Below the pieces are notes generated by a model. The model ran no database searches. It saw only the letters and a program-made list of their open reading frames with translations, and was not told the DNA's origin. Below are positions 13,201 through 24,418 of a stretch of 64,000 nt of DNA, piece after piece. This stretch comes from Lytechinus pictus (taxonomy: Eukaryota): contig NC_087259.1 in the NCBI RefSeq assembly GCF_037042905.1, forward strand, positions 22,196,001 to 22,260,000, given 5' to 3'. How positions within the stretch are numbered: the stretch's first letter is position 1; every line of letters begins with the position of its first letter. A program made the position numbers and the translations under genes.

Positions 13201-16200
13201 AAACAAGTTTCTATTTTGGGGGGCCATTTTGTTAGTTAGAATTTGCCATGGGCATTTAGGAATAAACTAATCCACCATTTTGTATGTCTGATCCCATTTT
13301 GCTTTATTTTACTTTACAAACTGCTAAAGCCATGGTAATTTGAGAGCGTTACAAATTTACAGATAAAAAACCACTTAATGGAATATTCCATTTGGAACAA
13401 CAAAATTCTAACCATAATGCCTGTTTCAGGAATTTTGCAGCAACAACGGAAAATAAAAGTAAGAGCAGCACGTCACTGTACTCTGTTCCTCCTCTTATGC
13501 TCTTTTATCTTTTTATTGTTTATATTGTTATATCTGTAATTATTAGGATTTCATCTAGTAAATAATGAATATATATAAAATCAGAAAGTAGGAATTAAAT
13601 AATGTCATAAAAATAGCATACATAAACTTACATAAGGCAAGCCCTCTCCGACCTCTGATTTGTCAAAGTTCAATTTCTCCAAGTCCTTGTCACCATTTCA
13701 TTTGATATTGACTTTTATAGCACCAAGCTGTGTCCTTCATCCTAGCTGACATGGCCGTAGGAGTGGAGGCAGCACAGCTACTGACTCACCGGTCAGCCTG
13801 GGAGATTGACCAGGGAAGGAGGAACACCTACTACGCATCTCTGGCCAAGTGCTACGCTGCCGATGTGGCCAACAAGAATGCCACCGATGCTGTCCAAGTC
13901 TTTGGTGGAAACGGGTTCAACAGCGAGTACCCCGTTGAGAAGCTGATGAGAGATGCTAAGATCTTCCAGGTAAGGGTGGGAGTCTGTCATGGAAAGTTTT
14001 GTCAGTGATTTTTACGCACTACTTTGCTCTCAGCCAATCAGATGCAATCATTTTCAGTAGCTTATAACATTAAAGGACAAGTCCACCCCAAGAAAAAGAT
14101 GATTTGAATAAAAAGAGAAAAATCCAACAAGCATAACACTGAAAATTTCCTCAAAATTGGATGTCAAATAAGTTATTACATTCAAAGTTTCGCTTAATTT
14201 CACGAAACTGTTATATGCACATCTTGGTCGGTATGCAAATGAGGAGACTGATGTCATCCACTCACTATTTCTTTTGTATTTTATTATATTATATATGAAA
14301 TATTCTAATTTTCTCCTCATTTTCAAGGGAAACAACATGTGGAATTAGCATTGTTTAACACTATGAAGACGGGGGGAGGGGCTGATTCAGCCCCCCTCGA
14401 AATTTTTTGCGATAAATCCACTGCGCAAATTAATTGACCGCGTCGCTCTCTGACTTTTTACCTTCAAGTCTCGCGCAACTTTTGAGACCAAAATTGTGAC
14501 CCCCGGGTATGCGGTTTTGATATTACGCAACATTTCGTAAGTGTATGCAGGCCAAAAATTGCTCAAAAACATGAATTTGTGTACAAATCCAACGCAAATA
14601 ATGTTTTTAGCCAACATTCATGAATTTATCATTATTTTTCCTTTTACTGATAAAAGTCAATTAATTCCATCTTGTTTATGGTCAAAATAAAGTCCCTGAC
14701 AATTTCCATTGAAAAAACAATAAAAAACAAAAAGGCGAAAAACAAAGAAATACATAAGAAATTTAGAAACAATAGATTACATAAGAAAATAGATGTGATG
14801 TTGTAATTTTTTTAAAGTACATTTGATCAGACCCCTATGAAGAATCTTTGTTCCAAAAATGAAGATTTTAGGGGCATTATTTAGTTAATTAGAGCAAACT
14901 TTTGATCTTGTGCATAAATTAGCATAATTAATTAGCAATGAGATATTTTATAGAATTTGAGCCTACAGTTTTGTAGATTATGCCACGGGTAATGTGCGTG
15001 CCAATTTTTGTCACAATCGTGCGATCGACGGCCTAGATCATAGCCCCCCTCAGTCTTCTTAGGTCTCAGAATAGCCCAGTCTATTTAGGGCACTGCCGGT
15101 ATATGGTTCAGTCAAGTTGGTCCTAGTTGTCAAAATCTTTCTTATTTTACATCCAATTTTGATAAATTTTCAGTGTTACATGTATGCTAGTTTGATTTTT
15201 CCTTGTTTATTCGAATCTACATTTATCTGGGGTGGACTTGACCCTTAAAACCAGTGGATACTTGTTCCATGAGATATTCCGCAAGGGAGTGTATTTTGTC
15301 TCTGATTTTCTCTGGTAACTGTTACAAGTCACTGGGATCCTTGCATTTGATTTGATTAGATGAAATTTGGTAATGACATGGCCACAGTTGGAGAGATGAA
15401 AAGATTCAATATTCTGGGCAGCTTGACTGTCTGTCTTGAGGATGATGGGCAGTCATACAGCCCCTGTCTGAACGGTGACATGATATTTGCTCCAGGCTTT
15501 ATTTCGTCTAAAATATAGAGTTAGGGTTGCAATGGGGTTTTATGTTAGGTTTAGGATAGGGTATAGTGTTAAATCCAAGGTTGAAGTTGGCAATTCCACT
15601 AGTCTGTAGAATTCACAGCGGAGCAATTGTTGCCGAAGCAAATGTCATGGAACTGTCTGAACATCTATAGACATTTGATGAGGCCATGTTTCGGTCTTGT
15701 CTATTAAAAAAGTGTGTTATTTTGAGAACAATTCAAGTTTCTTTAACCCTATCTAGGCTGGGGTATTTTGGGAGTTCATATGGCCAGGGGGGGGGGCCTC
15801 CCAGGCCCCCCCTTGAGATCTCAGCCGTTGACCGCGCGATCGCGCCAAAAATTGGCACGCGGGTTGTCTGGGACATAATCTACAAAATTGTATAGTAATT
15901 TATTTCATGTGAATTGCCATTAGGTGATTATGCTAATTTATGCGTAATTAGTATGCAAAATCATACTTTTTCCTCTAACTCCCTAAATAAAGCTCCAAAT
16001 GTTCTAATGTTTGGTATAGAAACTCTTTGTGGTGTTTTTAGCAAGTGTACATGAACAAAATTGCGATATCAAATCATTTTCTTATGTATTATATTGTTTT
16101 TTGCAATTTCTTATGTATTTCTTTGTTTTTTTACCTTTTGTTTTTCATTGTTTTTTCAACGAAATTTGTTGGGTACTCTTCTGAGATCATAAAAAGCATA

Positions 16201-16959
16201 AAATAAATACATTTAGACCAGCAAAACTAAAAATAAACATACATTTTTATTATTTTTGGTTGAAAACACAATTTACATTGACTTTGTACACAAAATCACG
16301 TTTTTGAGCAATTTTTGGTCTGACATGCACTTACATAATGTTGCGTAATTTCGGAACCACGTACCCGGGTGACGCAAAATTGGTCTCAAAAGCTGCACAA
16401 GACTTAAAAGTAAAAAGTCAGCGAGCGGCGCGGTCAAAAAATTTCGCACGGCGAAAATATTCCACGGATCGTTGAGGGGGGGGGCCTCCGAGGCCCCCCC
16501 CCCCCCCGGCCTAGATAGGGTTAAGCAGAGCTGTCTAATCCTCCTGGAGAGAGATTACGGGAGGCTTTTGAATAGTGAATGATTTTAGTTTAGAGTAAAA
16601 TGAATAATTACTGATTGTTTAATTACTTATTGATAACTAATGATCTAGCTTAAGCTAAATTCAGGACTTAGTTCCACATCAGACATTATTGACCTCCATT
16701 GGATTTATAATTGAGAAATATCTCTTTTATTCATCGTTAAATCCTGCTGTAAAGGTGAATAATTAAATTGGCAGCTCCATATAAGAATTATTTTATTCCT
16801 TGGGTTCACAATTTGCCCTGTCTGTGCCCAGGTCTGACTGTGATGTAATTCTCTTTCATCTTTGTTTTTCTTCTCCAGATTTACGAAGGTACAGCTCAGA
16901 TCCAGAGGGTCATCATCTCCCGAGAGTTGCTTACGCGGGCTAGCCAAACCACCATGTGA
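1184..16959 (+). CDS. ACADM: Medium-chain acyl-CoA dehydrogenase, 5'-partial: join(1184-1274,2023-2120,4867-4936,7706-7806,8961-9041,9254-9493,11343-11483,13031-13126,13721-13969,16879-16959), 415 aa in window
   Basis: All introns are GT-AG and the phases chain into one frame. Translation carries MCAD motifs: [46 protein letters not shown] and IYEGT (catalytic Glu). Exon sizes 98/70/101/81/141/96/249 match human ACADM as I recall it. The start-codon exon is not in the window. Confidence 0.97.
1559..1710. mobile_element. MITE family A, degenerate copy
   Basis: Similar to copy 1; CTG on both flanks. Confidence 0.65.
2023..2120 (+). CDS. ACADM: ACADM exon ([15 protein letters not shown]...HDKSGE)
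   Basis: 98 nt; atag| and |gtaatt. Confidence 0.95.
3172..3676. mobile_element. Non-autonomous TIR element (CA...TG termini)
   Basis: 21-bp TIR CATGGGCGGTATCCTGAAAAT / ATTTTCAGGATACCGCCCCTG (1 mismatch); no TSD recognisable. Confidence 0.7.
4867..4936 (+). CDS. ACADM: ACADM exon ([23 protein letters not shown])
   Basis: 70 nt; aag| and |gtgagt. Confidence 0.95.
5008..5205 (+). mobile_element. Family H MITE (GG..CC ends, TAACCC-like interior, 8-9 bp TSD; MULE/foldback-like)
   Basis: TSD GTGATTAAG at 4999-5007 and 5206-5214; imperfect TIR GGTTCCATGACATTT. Confidence 0.85.
7706..7806 (+). CDS. ACADM: ACADM exon ([33 protein letters not shown])
   Basis: 101 nt; acag| and |gtgagt. Confidence 0.96.
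7928..8255. mobile_element. Harbinger-like MITE, TAG TSD
   Basis: tag|GGCCCGTATTCTGAAGTCGGGTTTAA...TTAAACCCGACTTCAGAATACGGGCC|tag, long TIRs. Confidence 0.88.
8293..8700. repeat. Degenerate foldback-type repeat with inverted ~15-bp subunits (CCAYTTGGTCTAAT / ATTAGACCAARTGG)
   Basis: TGGTCT-type units on the left flip to AGACCA-type units on the right. Confidence 0.55.
8961..9041 (+). CDS. ACADM: ACADM exon ([27 protein letters not shown])
   Basis: 81 nt; tgcag| and |gtaagc. Confidence 0.95.
9254..9493 (+). CDS. ACADM: ACADM exon ([13 protein letters not shown]...LTLGRK)
   Basis: 240 nt; ttag| and |gtagga; equals human exons 7+8. Confidence 0.97.
9501..9702 (+). mobile_element. Family H MITE inserted at an ACADM splice donor
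   Basis: TSD GGTAGGAT (9493-9500) / GGTAGGAC (9703-9710). Confidence 0.85.
10134..10639. mobile_element. Harbinger-like MITE, TTA TSD, GAATG/CATTC-rich interior
   Basis: tta|TACCCCCGTCACACT...AGTGTGACGGGGTT|tta. Confidence 0.8.
10843..11199. mobile_element. Palindromic MITE, left end truncated
   Basis: Arms TTTATGCAGATTTCC..GCTTTTGTCACAGTGCGCCAAA and reverse complement; right end GAATTCGGGCC. Confidence 0.75.
11343..11483 (+). CDS. ACADM: ACADM exon ([12 protein letters not shown]...FDKTRPP)
   Basis: 141 nt; gaag| and |gtaaga. Confidence 0.97.
13031..13126 (+). CDS. ACADM: ACADM exon ([32 protein letters not shown])
   Basis: 96 nt; acag| and |gtgagt. Confidence 0.96.
13721..13969 (+). CDS. 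ACADM: ACADM exon ([11 protein letters not shown]...RDAKIFQ)
   Basis: 249 nt; atag| and |gtaagg. Confidence 0.97.
14074..15244. mobile_element. Kolobok-like non-autonomous element (TTAA TSD, RR..YY ends) containing a nested insertion
   Basis: TTAA|AGGACAAGTCCACCCCA...TGGGGTGGACTTGACCC|TTAA. Confidence 0.8.
14359..15090 (-). mobile_element. piggyBac-like MITE nested in the Kolobok-like element
   Basis: Reverse-complement similarity to 15747-16520; follows TTAA and ends in TTTAGGG (right TSD lost). Confidence 0.75.
15474..15654 (-). mobile_element. Family H MITE, reverse orientation
   Basis: TSD GTCTGAAC at 15466-15473 and 15655-15662; TTAGGG-like interior. Confidence 0.85.
15747..16520 (+). 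mobile_element. piggyBac-like non-autonomous element
   Basis: TTAA|CCCTATCTAGGC...GCCTAGATAGGG|TTAA; G/C-run subterminal hairpins. Confidence 0.9.
16879..16959 (+). CDS. ACADM: ACADM last coding exon ([26 protein letters not shown])
   Basis: Strong pyrimidine tract + ccag|; catalytic YEG; TGA at 16957-16959. Confidence 0.96.
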   Translation: MYEGTAQIQRVIISRELLTRASQTTM

Positions 16960-19900
16960 ATGCAGCCATCATAAACCTATAGTCTCTTTCGCACTTGAAG
17001 TGAAAACTTCCTGTAAAACCATTACAGGACCACAGAATGTATATTCATTGTAAATGGACAGGTTTGCACATTGTATATGAAGAAACACATACATGCAAGT
17101 AATAAGCATTTATGGTGTATCGTGGTATGAGAAAATCCCTGTATTTGTTTGTGGTATTAAAAAAAAATGTTTTCAGAATAAGATACTGGAAGTATGAAAT
17201 AAGGAGGAGAAATGTTGGAAAACAACCACAAGGTATTGAAAGATTGTGGGTATACTATATTGACAAAGCACAAATATGAACATGATATTTGACATGCATG
17301 CACAAATATGAGTATGATTTCTTTTTCTACTTTTAAAACCTTATTTGTAAATATTTCAACATCTCTGTAATTTCATTACAACTTTTCACCAATCTTATTC
17401 CTTGCAAATGTTTATATATTCCTTCAAGTAATTTCAGCACATCCTAAAATTATATTTTGTAAAGTTTTGTTTTATTTCCAAACATAGAATCACTGATAAA
17501 ATCACATTGATGAGTAATCAAATTCATGTTGTGAAGGTTGTTTTCATCTGCATTTGGTAAATACAAGTAAGGATATTTGAGCAGTCATTGCAGCATTATT
17601 TCCTTGTGTTTTAGAATTCTTCCCAAAAGATGTGGAAACAAAAAATAAATTCTATGGCCAAAACTTCTTTATCTCATATATATATATAATCTATATACAT
17701 TTGTGTTTTGAATTATTTTTTGTTTTGCTTCGTTATCTTTTTGTGTTATTTATTTCATTTTACCTCTTCTCATCATTTCAAAAAGTGAATACTTAATTCC
17801 ATGAATCTTGATCTTTCTAGTTTCTATCAGCAGAAAAATGGAATGAATCCCAGAAAATTTGAATAATTGTGATTCAGAGTACAGTTTGAGATTCACCTGA
17901 AAACATATTTTTATAAAAATACTTTTCATTGTTTACTTGAAGTAGTATTGAGCATGCCTATTCATTCCCCTTATGTTACTCCATTTCCATGTCTCATTCT
18001 TTTTCTATAAGTAAAATAAGACATCGTGATATGTGCTATATAGATATTTCATATTATTCTTTGTTTGTTATCCTTGCAGCTGTAGTTTCTATAGATTAGT
18101 TTTGCAGTATTTCTTGTGGGGATCTTCCTTTGTTTAAATTAATCCATATGATATTTTATCGCTATTGCAAGTGATATAAACTTATTTTAGTACCAACGTT
18201 AAAAATCATTTGAATATTGTTTGTAAAGCTTTATAATTTTCAACATGATTTAACCTAATGACAACTGTCTTAAGCGACAGAAATGCTTGCATCTAATTTT
18301 TTCAATGAAAATCAGTGACAAAACACAAAAAAATTGTCCTGGAGATTTGTTCTTCTGGGGCTTTTTTTTTCTGAAGATTTAGATATTACTAGAGCATGCA
18401 AAAATTTGCACAATTATCAACTTCTCTTGGTTCGGCACCGTTTGCAGTATGAATTCAGGATCAAAGGGAGCAAGTTCTATGTATATCCCCCTTCCTGCAT
18501 GTTAAAATCTGATAAAGCCAAATTTGCATTTTGATTTCTTGCTTTTTGTTACAAATGATATTTTGAGTAGCCTGTAAGCAAATGTGTTTTTAGGCTCCAG
18601 TCAAAATGAAAATGTAATACCCAATATATATGCTGGAGATGTAGTTAAATCTGTATTATCATATCCTGCTACTGGTAGAAAATGAATTTGTGAAAATGAA
18701 GTAGACTTGATACTACTAACAATGAAACATATCTATCATCATTCTCTCTCGGAATCTTTTTTCTTGAAAAGTCATTGGAGATATATCTTGTGAGACAGGG
18801 TAAGATTCAGGAACACCATATAAACGGGTTGCAATAAGACATATATCCTGCCTCTACAACAATGTCAATAAGTTAACAAAAATTGTATATAATGAATATA
18901 TTTCTATAGCAAAGCTATAATAGTATTTTTGTGAAGTATGTACTGTATGTTTTATTATACGAGGGCGTTTTTCTTCTGTCGCTTTATATTGATGTGATGG
19001 GCATGTGATATTCTGGTGTTTTTTCTGCACAGTCGTTCATTTATGGTAGAGTTATATAATCTGGATTCTGAGTGGTCAGGAGATGGTATGCAATGGTGCA
19101 TTATTCAATGGTGCATTGAAAGACCCATAGAGCTGGCAATGGGCAGTGATATTGGTTGGTCTGTGTGTTTTCATTTATGTTTTAAAAGACTTGGTCCCTT
19201 ATCACTGATTTATATACCCCAAAAATGGAGTATTATTTTCCTTCAAATATTGAAAAATTTTCATTTTCATGTAATGATGATAGTAATAATACTAATAATA
19301 TCTGTAAAGTGATTTACAAAAAAAATTCTAAGTGCTGTGTACAAAAAGAAATATTCTAATAGAATTGTATAATACATAAATAAGTAAAATGCAGAGTGAC
19401 AAGAAAACAAAATTAAAAACATAACTATATGTATAACTATAATTTTAAATCTCCAATGTCAAGTTTTAAATCTCAAGTTTCAAATTTCTTGTTTCAAATT
19501 CATTTTTCGAATTCGTATGAAAATTTCGTTTTTGAATTCATTTTCACTTTTTATTGTCAATTCCATCTGCTTTAAAAAAAAATGCAATAGCATGAAGCTA
19601 TGTTGTGAATTGATAGATATGCATTTCAAAAGACACAAATGCATTGTGCTTTGATATAAATTTGCCATTTTACATTCCAAATTCTTTTCCTGTAATGAAT
19701 TCATGAAAAGAAAGAGAAAAATTAAAGTAATGCAAACTTCTTGTGATATAGGCCCTATATGATGAATGAATTCACCAGAGCTAGAACAGAGCATGGAAAT
19801 ATATAAATATTTTGTGTATAATTGACTTTATAAGAACGGGTTCAAGGATATAGCCAATAAAGAGTGAGTATGCTAGTCACGTGTTAATGCTTTAATTTAC

Positions 19901-19967
19901 ATATTTTGGGTTGACCCCAACCCATGTCAGGATTGTAAGGCACGATTTGTTCTTGTGACAAATGTCT

Positions 19968-19973
19968 AATAAA
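19968..19973 (+). terminator. Candidate distal poly(A) signal of ACADM (3'UTR up to ~3 kb)
   Basis: AATAAA followed by a GU/U-rich tract (gtgtttgaatttgatgtttgttgt); other AATAAA sites near 17645 and 19856. Confidence 0.4.
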
Positions 19974-20080
19974 CTTTCTCTAAAGAATGTAAATGAAGTT
20001 TGTGAAGTTAGCTTATGTGCCCCTGTGTTTGAATTTGATGTTTGTTGTACTTGAACTCTGCTTGAAGAAGTATCTAGTAC

Positions 20081-20210
20081 CTGGGTCTGTTAACACAAAG
20101 GATAGCGATTAATTGTTTGATTTTTACGATTGATTGTGCATTGTATTCAATGCAATCAATCGTTAAAAAAAAGTTTTACAATGATTGCTAAGCTTTGTGT
20201 TAACATGTCT
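20081..20210. mobile_element. Small palindromic MITE remnant
   Basis: TGTTAACACAAAG..TAGCGAT...ATTGCTAAGCTTTGTGTTAACA arms. Confidence 0.6.
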
Positions 20211-20329
20211 GTTTTTTTTTTTTCTCTGAGGTCCACAGAATTGTTGAAATATAGTACATGAGCCACTGATTAAAAACAAATATTGAGTTCATTTTTCCAG
20301 ATCTTATCACAGAGGTCACAGGTGTCCGA

Positions 20330-20555
20330 ATGAGTCAAACATTTTAAGGAGGCAAAACATGACCAATGGGGCAAATTTTGTACTAAAAATTGTGAGAAAG
20401 CAAATTGTGCGAGATAAAAATTAGATAAAATGCAAACAACCTTTGGCAACAGGTGGCCTCATGAGCCAAACATTTTAAGGAGGCAAAACATGACCTATTG
20501 GGCAAATTTTCTACTAAAAGTCGTGAGAAATACAAATGTGCGAGCTAAAATTTTG
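20330..20555. repeat. Local direct duplication, period 131 bp
   Basis: ATGAGYCAAACATTTTAAGGAGGCAAAACATGACC... at 20330 and 20461. Confidence 0.8.
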
Positions 20556-21578
20556 ACCTTATGAATATGAAAATTAAATTTTTTGATAGATATTGGCATA
20601 ATATTCAGAAATGATAATCATTGTCAGCCTTTAAATTTCATTTTCTTTCTTTTCCTCCTTTTTTCCCCTACTGTTTTAAGAATAAGAAAAAAAAACTTGA
20701 AGAGCCCTAATTCCCCACGCCCATTTATACCCCAGTTCGAATGATAAAACAGTTGAAGGTATACTTCCTTTTTTAAGAAGAGAACATATAAATCATGATT
20801 TGATAGAGATGAAGCTGGCGTTGCATTACATTGGTTTAAGATTGTCTGGAAGGGATGAATAAAGTTTTCTTTGCATGGGGTGGGGGAGAACTTTAAAGAA
20901 AAACAAAATATACAATATAAGCAGGGCCCTGGGAAATATTTTCTTTTTTTAATGGGGATGCTGATGTCAATTTGAAAAGCAAAAAAAAAACGGTTTCAAT
21001 ACAAAAAGGGGATCTAATTGGTCCATAAAAATTTGAAAAGCAAAAAAAAAAAAAGGTTTTAATACAAAATGACGTCATTATTTTGGTTACATTTTCCAAT
21101 TTTTACACATCTACCACAATACAAGGAAGTGCTGCCTATGGAGAATAATACACGAAGCACCCCCAAGGAAATTTTTCCTAGGGCCATGAATATAAGCAAT
21201 ATCTTGAAATAAATTTTGGCTACCATCGTGGTGCTGAGGGCTCTATATTGATACAGAGTTCTGCCGGAGATTCATGCCTCTTTGTGATAATATAACTAGC
21301 GCCCTCTTTGACAAAGTCATATTCTTTTGGAAGATTGGCAAACTATTGAATTTCGAATTTTTAGTTGCGGTGGCCCATAGAAAACTATGGGGGCATCCCA
21401 AAGATAGGGTACATTATTTCATGTATTTTTGTGTATGTGTGTGTGGCGTGGGAGGGGGGGGGGGGGGGCTGGTGGAGGCCTGCAGGATGTGTTGCTGATT
21501 AACCCGCAACAACCCATTATTCTGCTGTTCCCAAAGTTGCGAATTTCATTTGACATGTGCATGCCTTCAAAGGCTCGG

Positions 21579-21815
21579 TGTAAAAATGGCAGAGGTAAAA
21601 ATGGCAAAGGTAAAAATGGCAGAGGTAAAAATGGCAGAGGTAAAAATGGCAGAGGTAAAAATGGCAGGGGTTAAAATGGTAGAGGTAAAAATGGCAAAGG
21701 TAAAAATGGCAGAGGTAAAAATGGCAGAGGTAAAAATGGAAAAGGTAAAAATGGCAGAGGTAAAAAATGGTAAAGGTAAAATGGCAGAGGTTTAAATGAC
21801 AGAGGTATAAATGGC
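21579..21815 (+). repeat. 15-bp minisatellite (GGTAAAAATGGCAGA)n, ~15-16 units
   Basis: Directly visible. Confidence 0.95.
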
Positions 21816-22377
21816 CAGTCATCAATCCCCATGCCAAATAAAAATCCAAAAGCCCCTCCATGTACAGTAGATTAAATAAGAAAGGTTCTGAGAATAAAAT
21901 TATAATGTTCAATTCAATTCAGTTCAATTTATTGACCATTAAAAAGACATCAAAATATTTACAAAAATAACATGATACAAACTAATACAAAGTATAACAG
22001 GTTAAAATTACTTAATGGTCAGGACCCCTAAGAAGCAAAGCTGCTTATAGCCGGGGCCCTACAAATAAACAAATATCATCACGGGTAAAAAAGGTTATAA
22101 ATAAACACACACACACACACTCACCCACACATCATCACACAAAAAACACAGAAGATAGAATAGAATAGAAGTTCTAATAGAAGAATGTTGAACTAATGGA
22201 AAGGGTAACATTTTAAAATCATACTGTAGATCTTCTGCACCAAATTGATAACACTTGAATTGATATTTCTTTTTTTTTTCTCGACTTAGATGCACGGCCT
22301 TCTCATGTCAAATCGCTCCTCTGATATTTTAATTTAAAGCACACTTTGGATCCCAAGTAGTGTACTTAATTCATTAA

Positions 22378-22863
22378 AGGGGAAATTCACCCTGACATAA
22401 AGTTTATTGTAAAAATAGCAGAAAATTATTAAAATAATATTGGTGAGGGTTCCAGGGAATCCATCAAAGATTTAAAAAGCTATAAGAATTTTATATTTTA
22501 ATGGTGACGTCATTTGCGAGCAGTTTTCCATATATGATGTAATAAAAAACATCAATGAAATGTCATTTAAAACTAAATGAAAATGGTTTTTATTGTACCT
22601 TAAGTATTTATCAACATAAAAATAATTTTACATCCGCTCCTGAAAGATGTTTTTTAGCAATCATGACCCACTGATTAAAACATTGAAAAGTATACATTTT
22701 GGTGCATAAAATACGGGGCAGCTGCTCGTATGACGTCACAGATAAAAAAAAACCCTTCGATTTTTAATGACTTTCTTAATCTTTGATGGGTTCTCCTCAA
22801 ACCTTCACCAATATATTTTCTGCTGTTTTTACAGTAAACCATTTGTCAGGGTGACCTTCTCCT
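22378..22863. mobile_element. Kolobok-like palindromic element
   Basis: TTAA|AGGGGAAATTCACCCTGACA...TGTCAGGGTGACCTTCTCCT|TCAA with long subterminal inverted similarity. Confidence 0.75.
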
Positions 22864-22907
22864 TCAAAACAGGTCGATATAATGGTATCTAAGTAACACC
22901 TATTTTG

Positions 22908-23006
22908 ATTTTTACCTCTGCCATTTTTGCCTCTGCCATTATTACCTCTGCCATTTTTACCTCTGCCATTTGTACCTCTGCCAATTTTACCTCTGCCATT
23001 TTTACC
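22908..23006 (-). repeat. Same 15-bp minisatellite, inverted, ~6-7 units
   Basis: (TTTTTACCTCTGCCA)n. Confidence 0.95.
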
Positions 23007-23456
23007 TGGCACCCATTCCAATGGGTATAATACATCAGCAACACTAACTATAAGGAATAGAGGGGGGGGGGGGTGGCTAAGAAAAAAAAGAAAATGATAA
23101 GGAAATTGGTAAGTATGACATTATTTCCTGAACATTGTTATCAAAATCTAACACAAAATTAGTTTTGGGCTCTAAAAGTTCGAAAACTTTCGCTCGCTTG
23201 TGACTTTAAAATAAAAACAGGAAATATTTTCCTAATAGTCCACATTCGACCTCTTCAGTTGATTTTATCATCACACCACTTGTCAACGACGATCATTGGC
23301 GAGAATGTTAAGCAATAAACGTACCCATATTACCATTCTCAAAATACGCAATAAGGAACTTCTCGCAAAAAAATGAAAAAATGTATGAATAAACAGCCAT
23401 TGACAGGGGATATATGTAGTCCACCTGTTGGATCAATCATAATAATAAATAATAAT

Positions 23457-23872
23457 AATTATAAAAACAAGGTTGACACGTTCATGCTTTGTTCCCAACA
23501 TACATGACATATAAGTTTATATGATGCACAAATTTTCGACGATCGATGCCCTAGCTATATCGTCTGCAGTCACTTGAGAAAGACGATAGGACTTACATCG
23601 TCGAAAATGTGTGCATCAAATATATATATATATATATATATGTTATATATATTTGATGCACAAATTATAATTATAAAATTATAATTATAAAAACAAGGTT
23701 GACACGTTCATGCTTTGTTCCCAACATACATGACATATAAGTTTATATGATGCACAAATTTTCGACGATCGATGCCCTAGCTATCGTCTGCAGTCACTTG
23801 AGAAAGACGATAGGACTTACATCGTCGAAAATTTGTGCATCAAATATATATAATATATATATATATATATAT
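23457..23872. repeat. Tandem duplication of a ~185-bp unit carrying a ~96-bp hairpin next to (TA)n
   Basis: Near-identical copies at 23457-23640 and 23685-23872. Confidence 0.85.
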
Positions 23873-24418
23873 ACCGCATATAAAAATACATAATAAAAGC
23901 AAGTTATCAACCCTTTCCCCGAGGTCAGTGTACAGTGTTTATTATACACCGCGATGTCTGTGCCTGGTTGTTGTCATGTCTGGCAAGCCTCCCTCCTTGC
24001 ATCCGGGTAGTTAATGCTTTATAATACACAATGATAGTCCTAACACGTTAACTCGCATTCTATAGTTTAAGTCTATTATTACAAATAACGTGTTTTTTTT
24101 ATGAGGGACTATAATGACTGCGAGGTAAATCTTGTTTGCGAGCTTAAAAATACTTTAACAGACGCCTTTTCCGTCTAATTTCTGTGAATACAGTAGTTGC
24201 GGTATATAGTTATGGTAACATAATATGTACCGTATATACTAGTAATCACATGACCAAAGTCATGTGACGTTCCTACTGTTGACCCGAGATTTCGTAAGAG
24301 TGATTTTTCATACACTTCTTTGATATTCTAAATAGCAATCACCAAGATCACAAAATGGGTATATCATGAGGCTGTTTTCAGAAAGTAACTGACATCTTCT
24401 TCTTCCAAACGGGGTTCC

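Noticed and set aside
21579-21815. CRISPR-like array
   Set aside because: Head-to-tail repeats with no unique spacers, in a eukaryotic context with no cas genes.
21429-21912. Repetitive ORFs (KNGRG)n, (VKMAE)n, (FYLCH)n
   Set aside because: Translations of the 15-bp minisatellite, open in several frames on both strands; no splice or promoter support.
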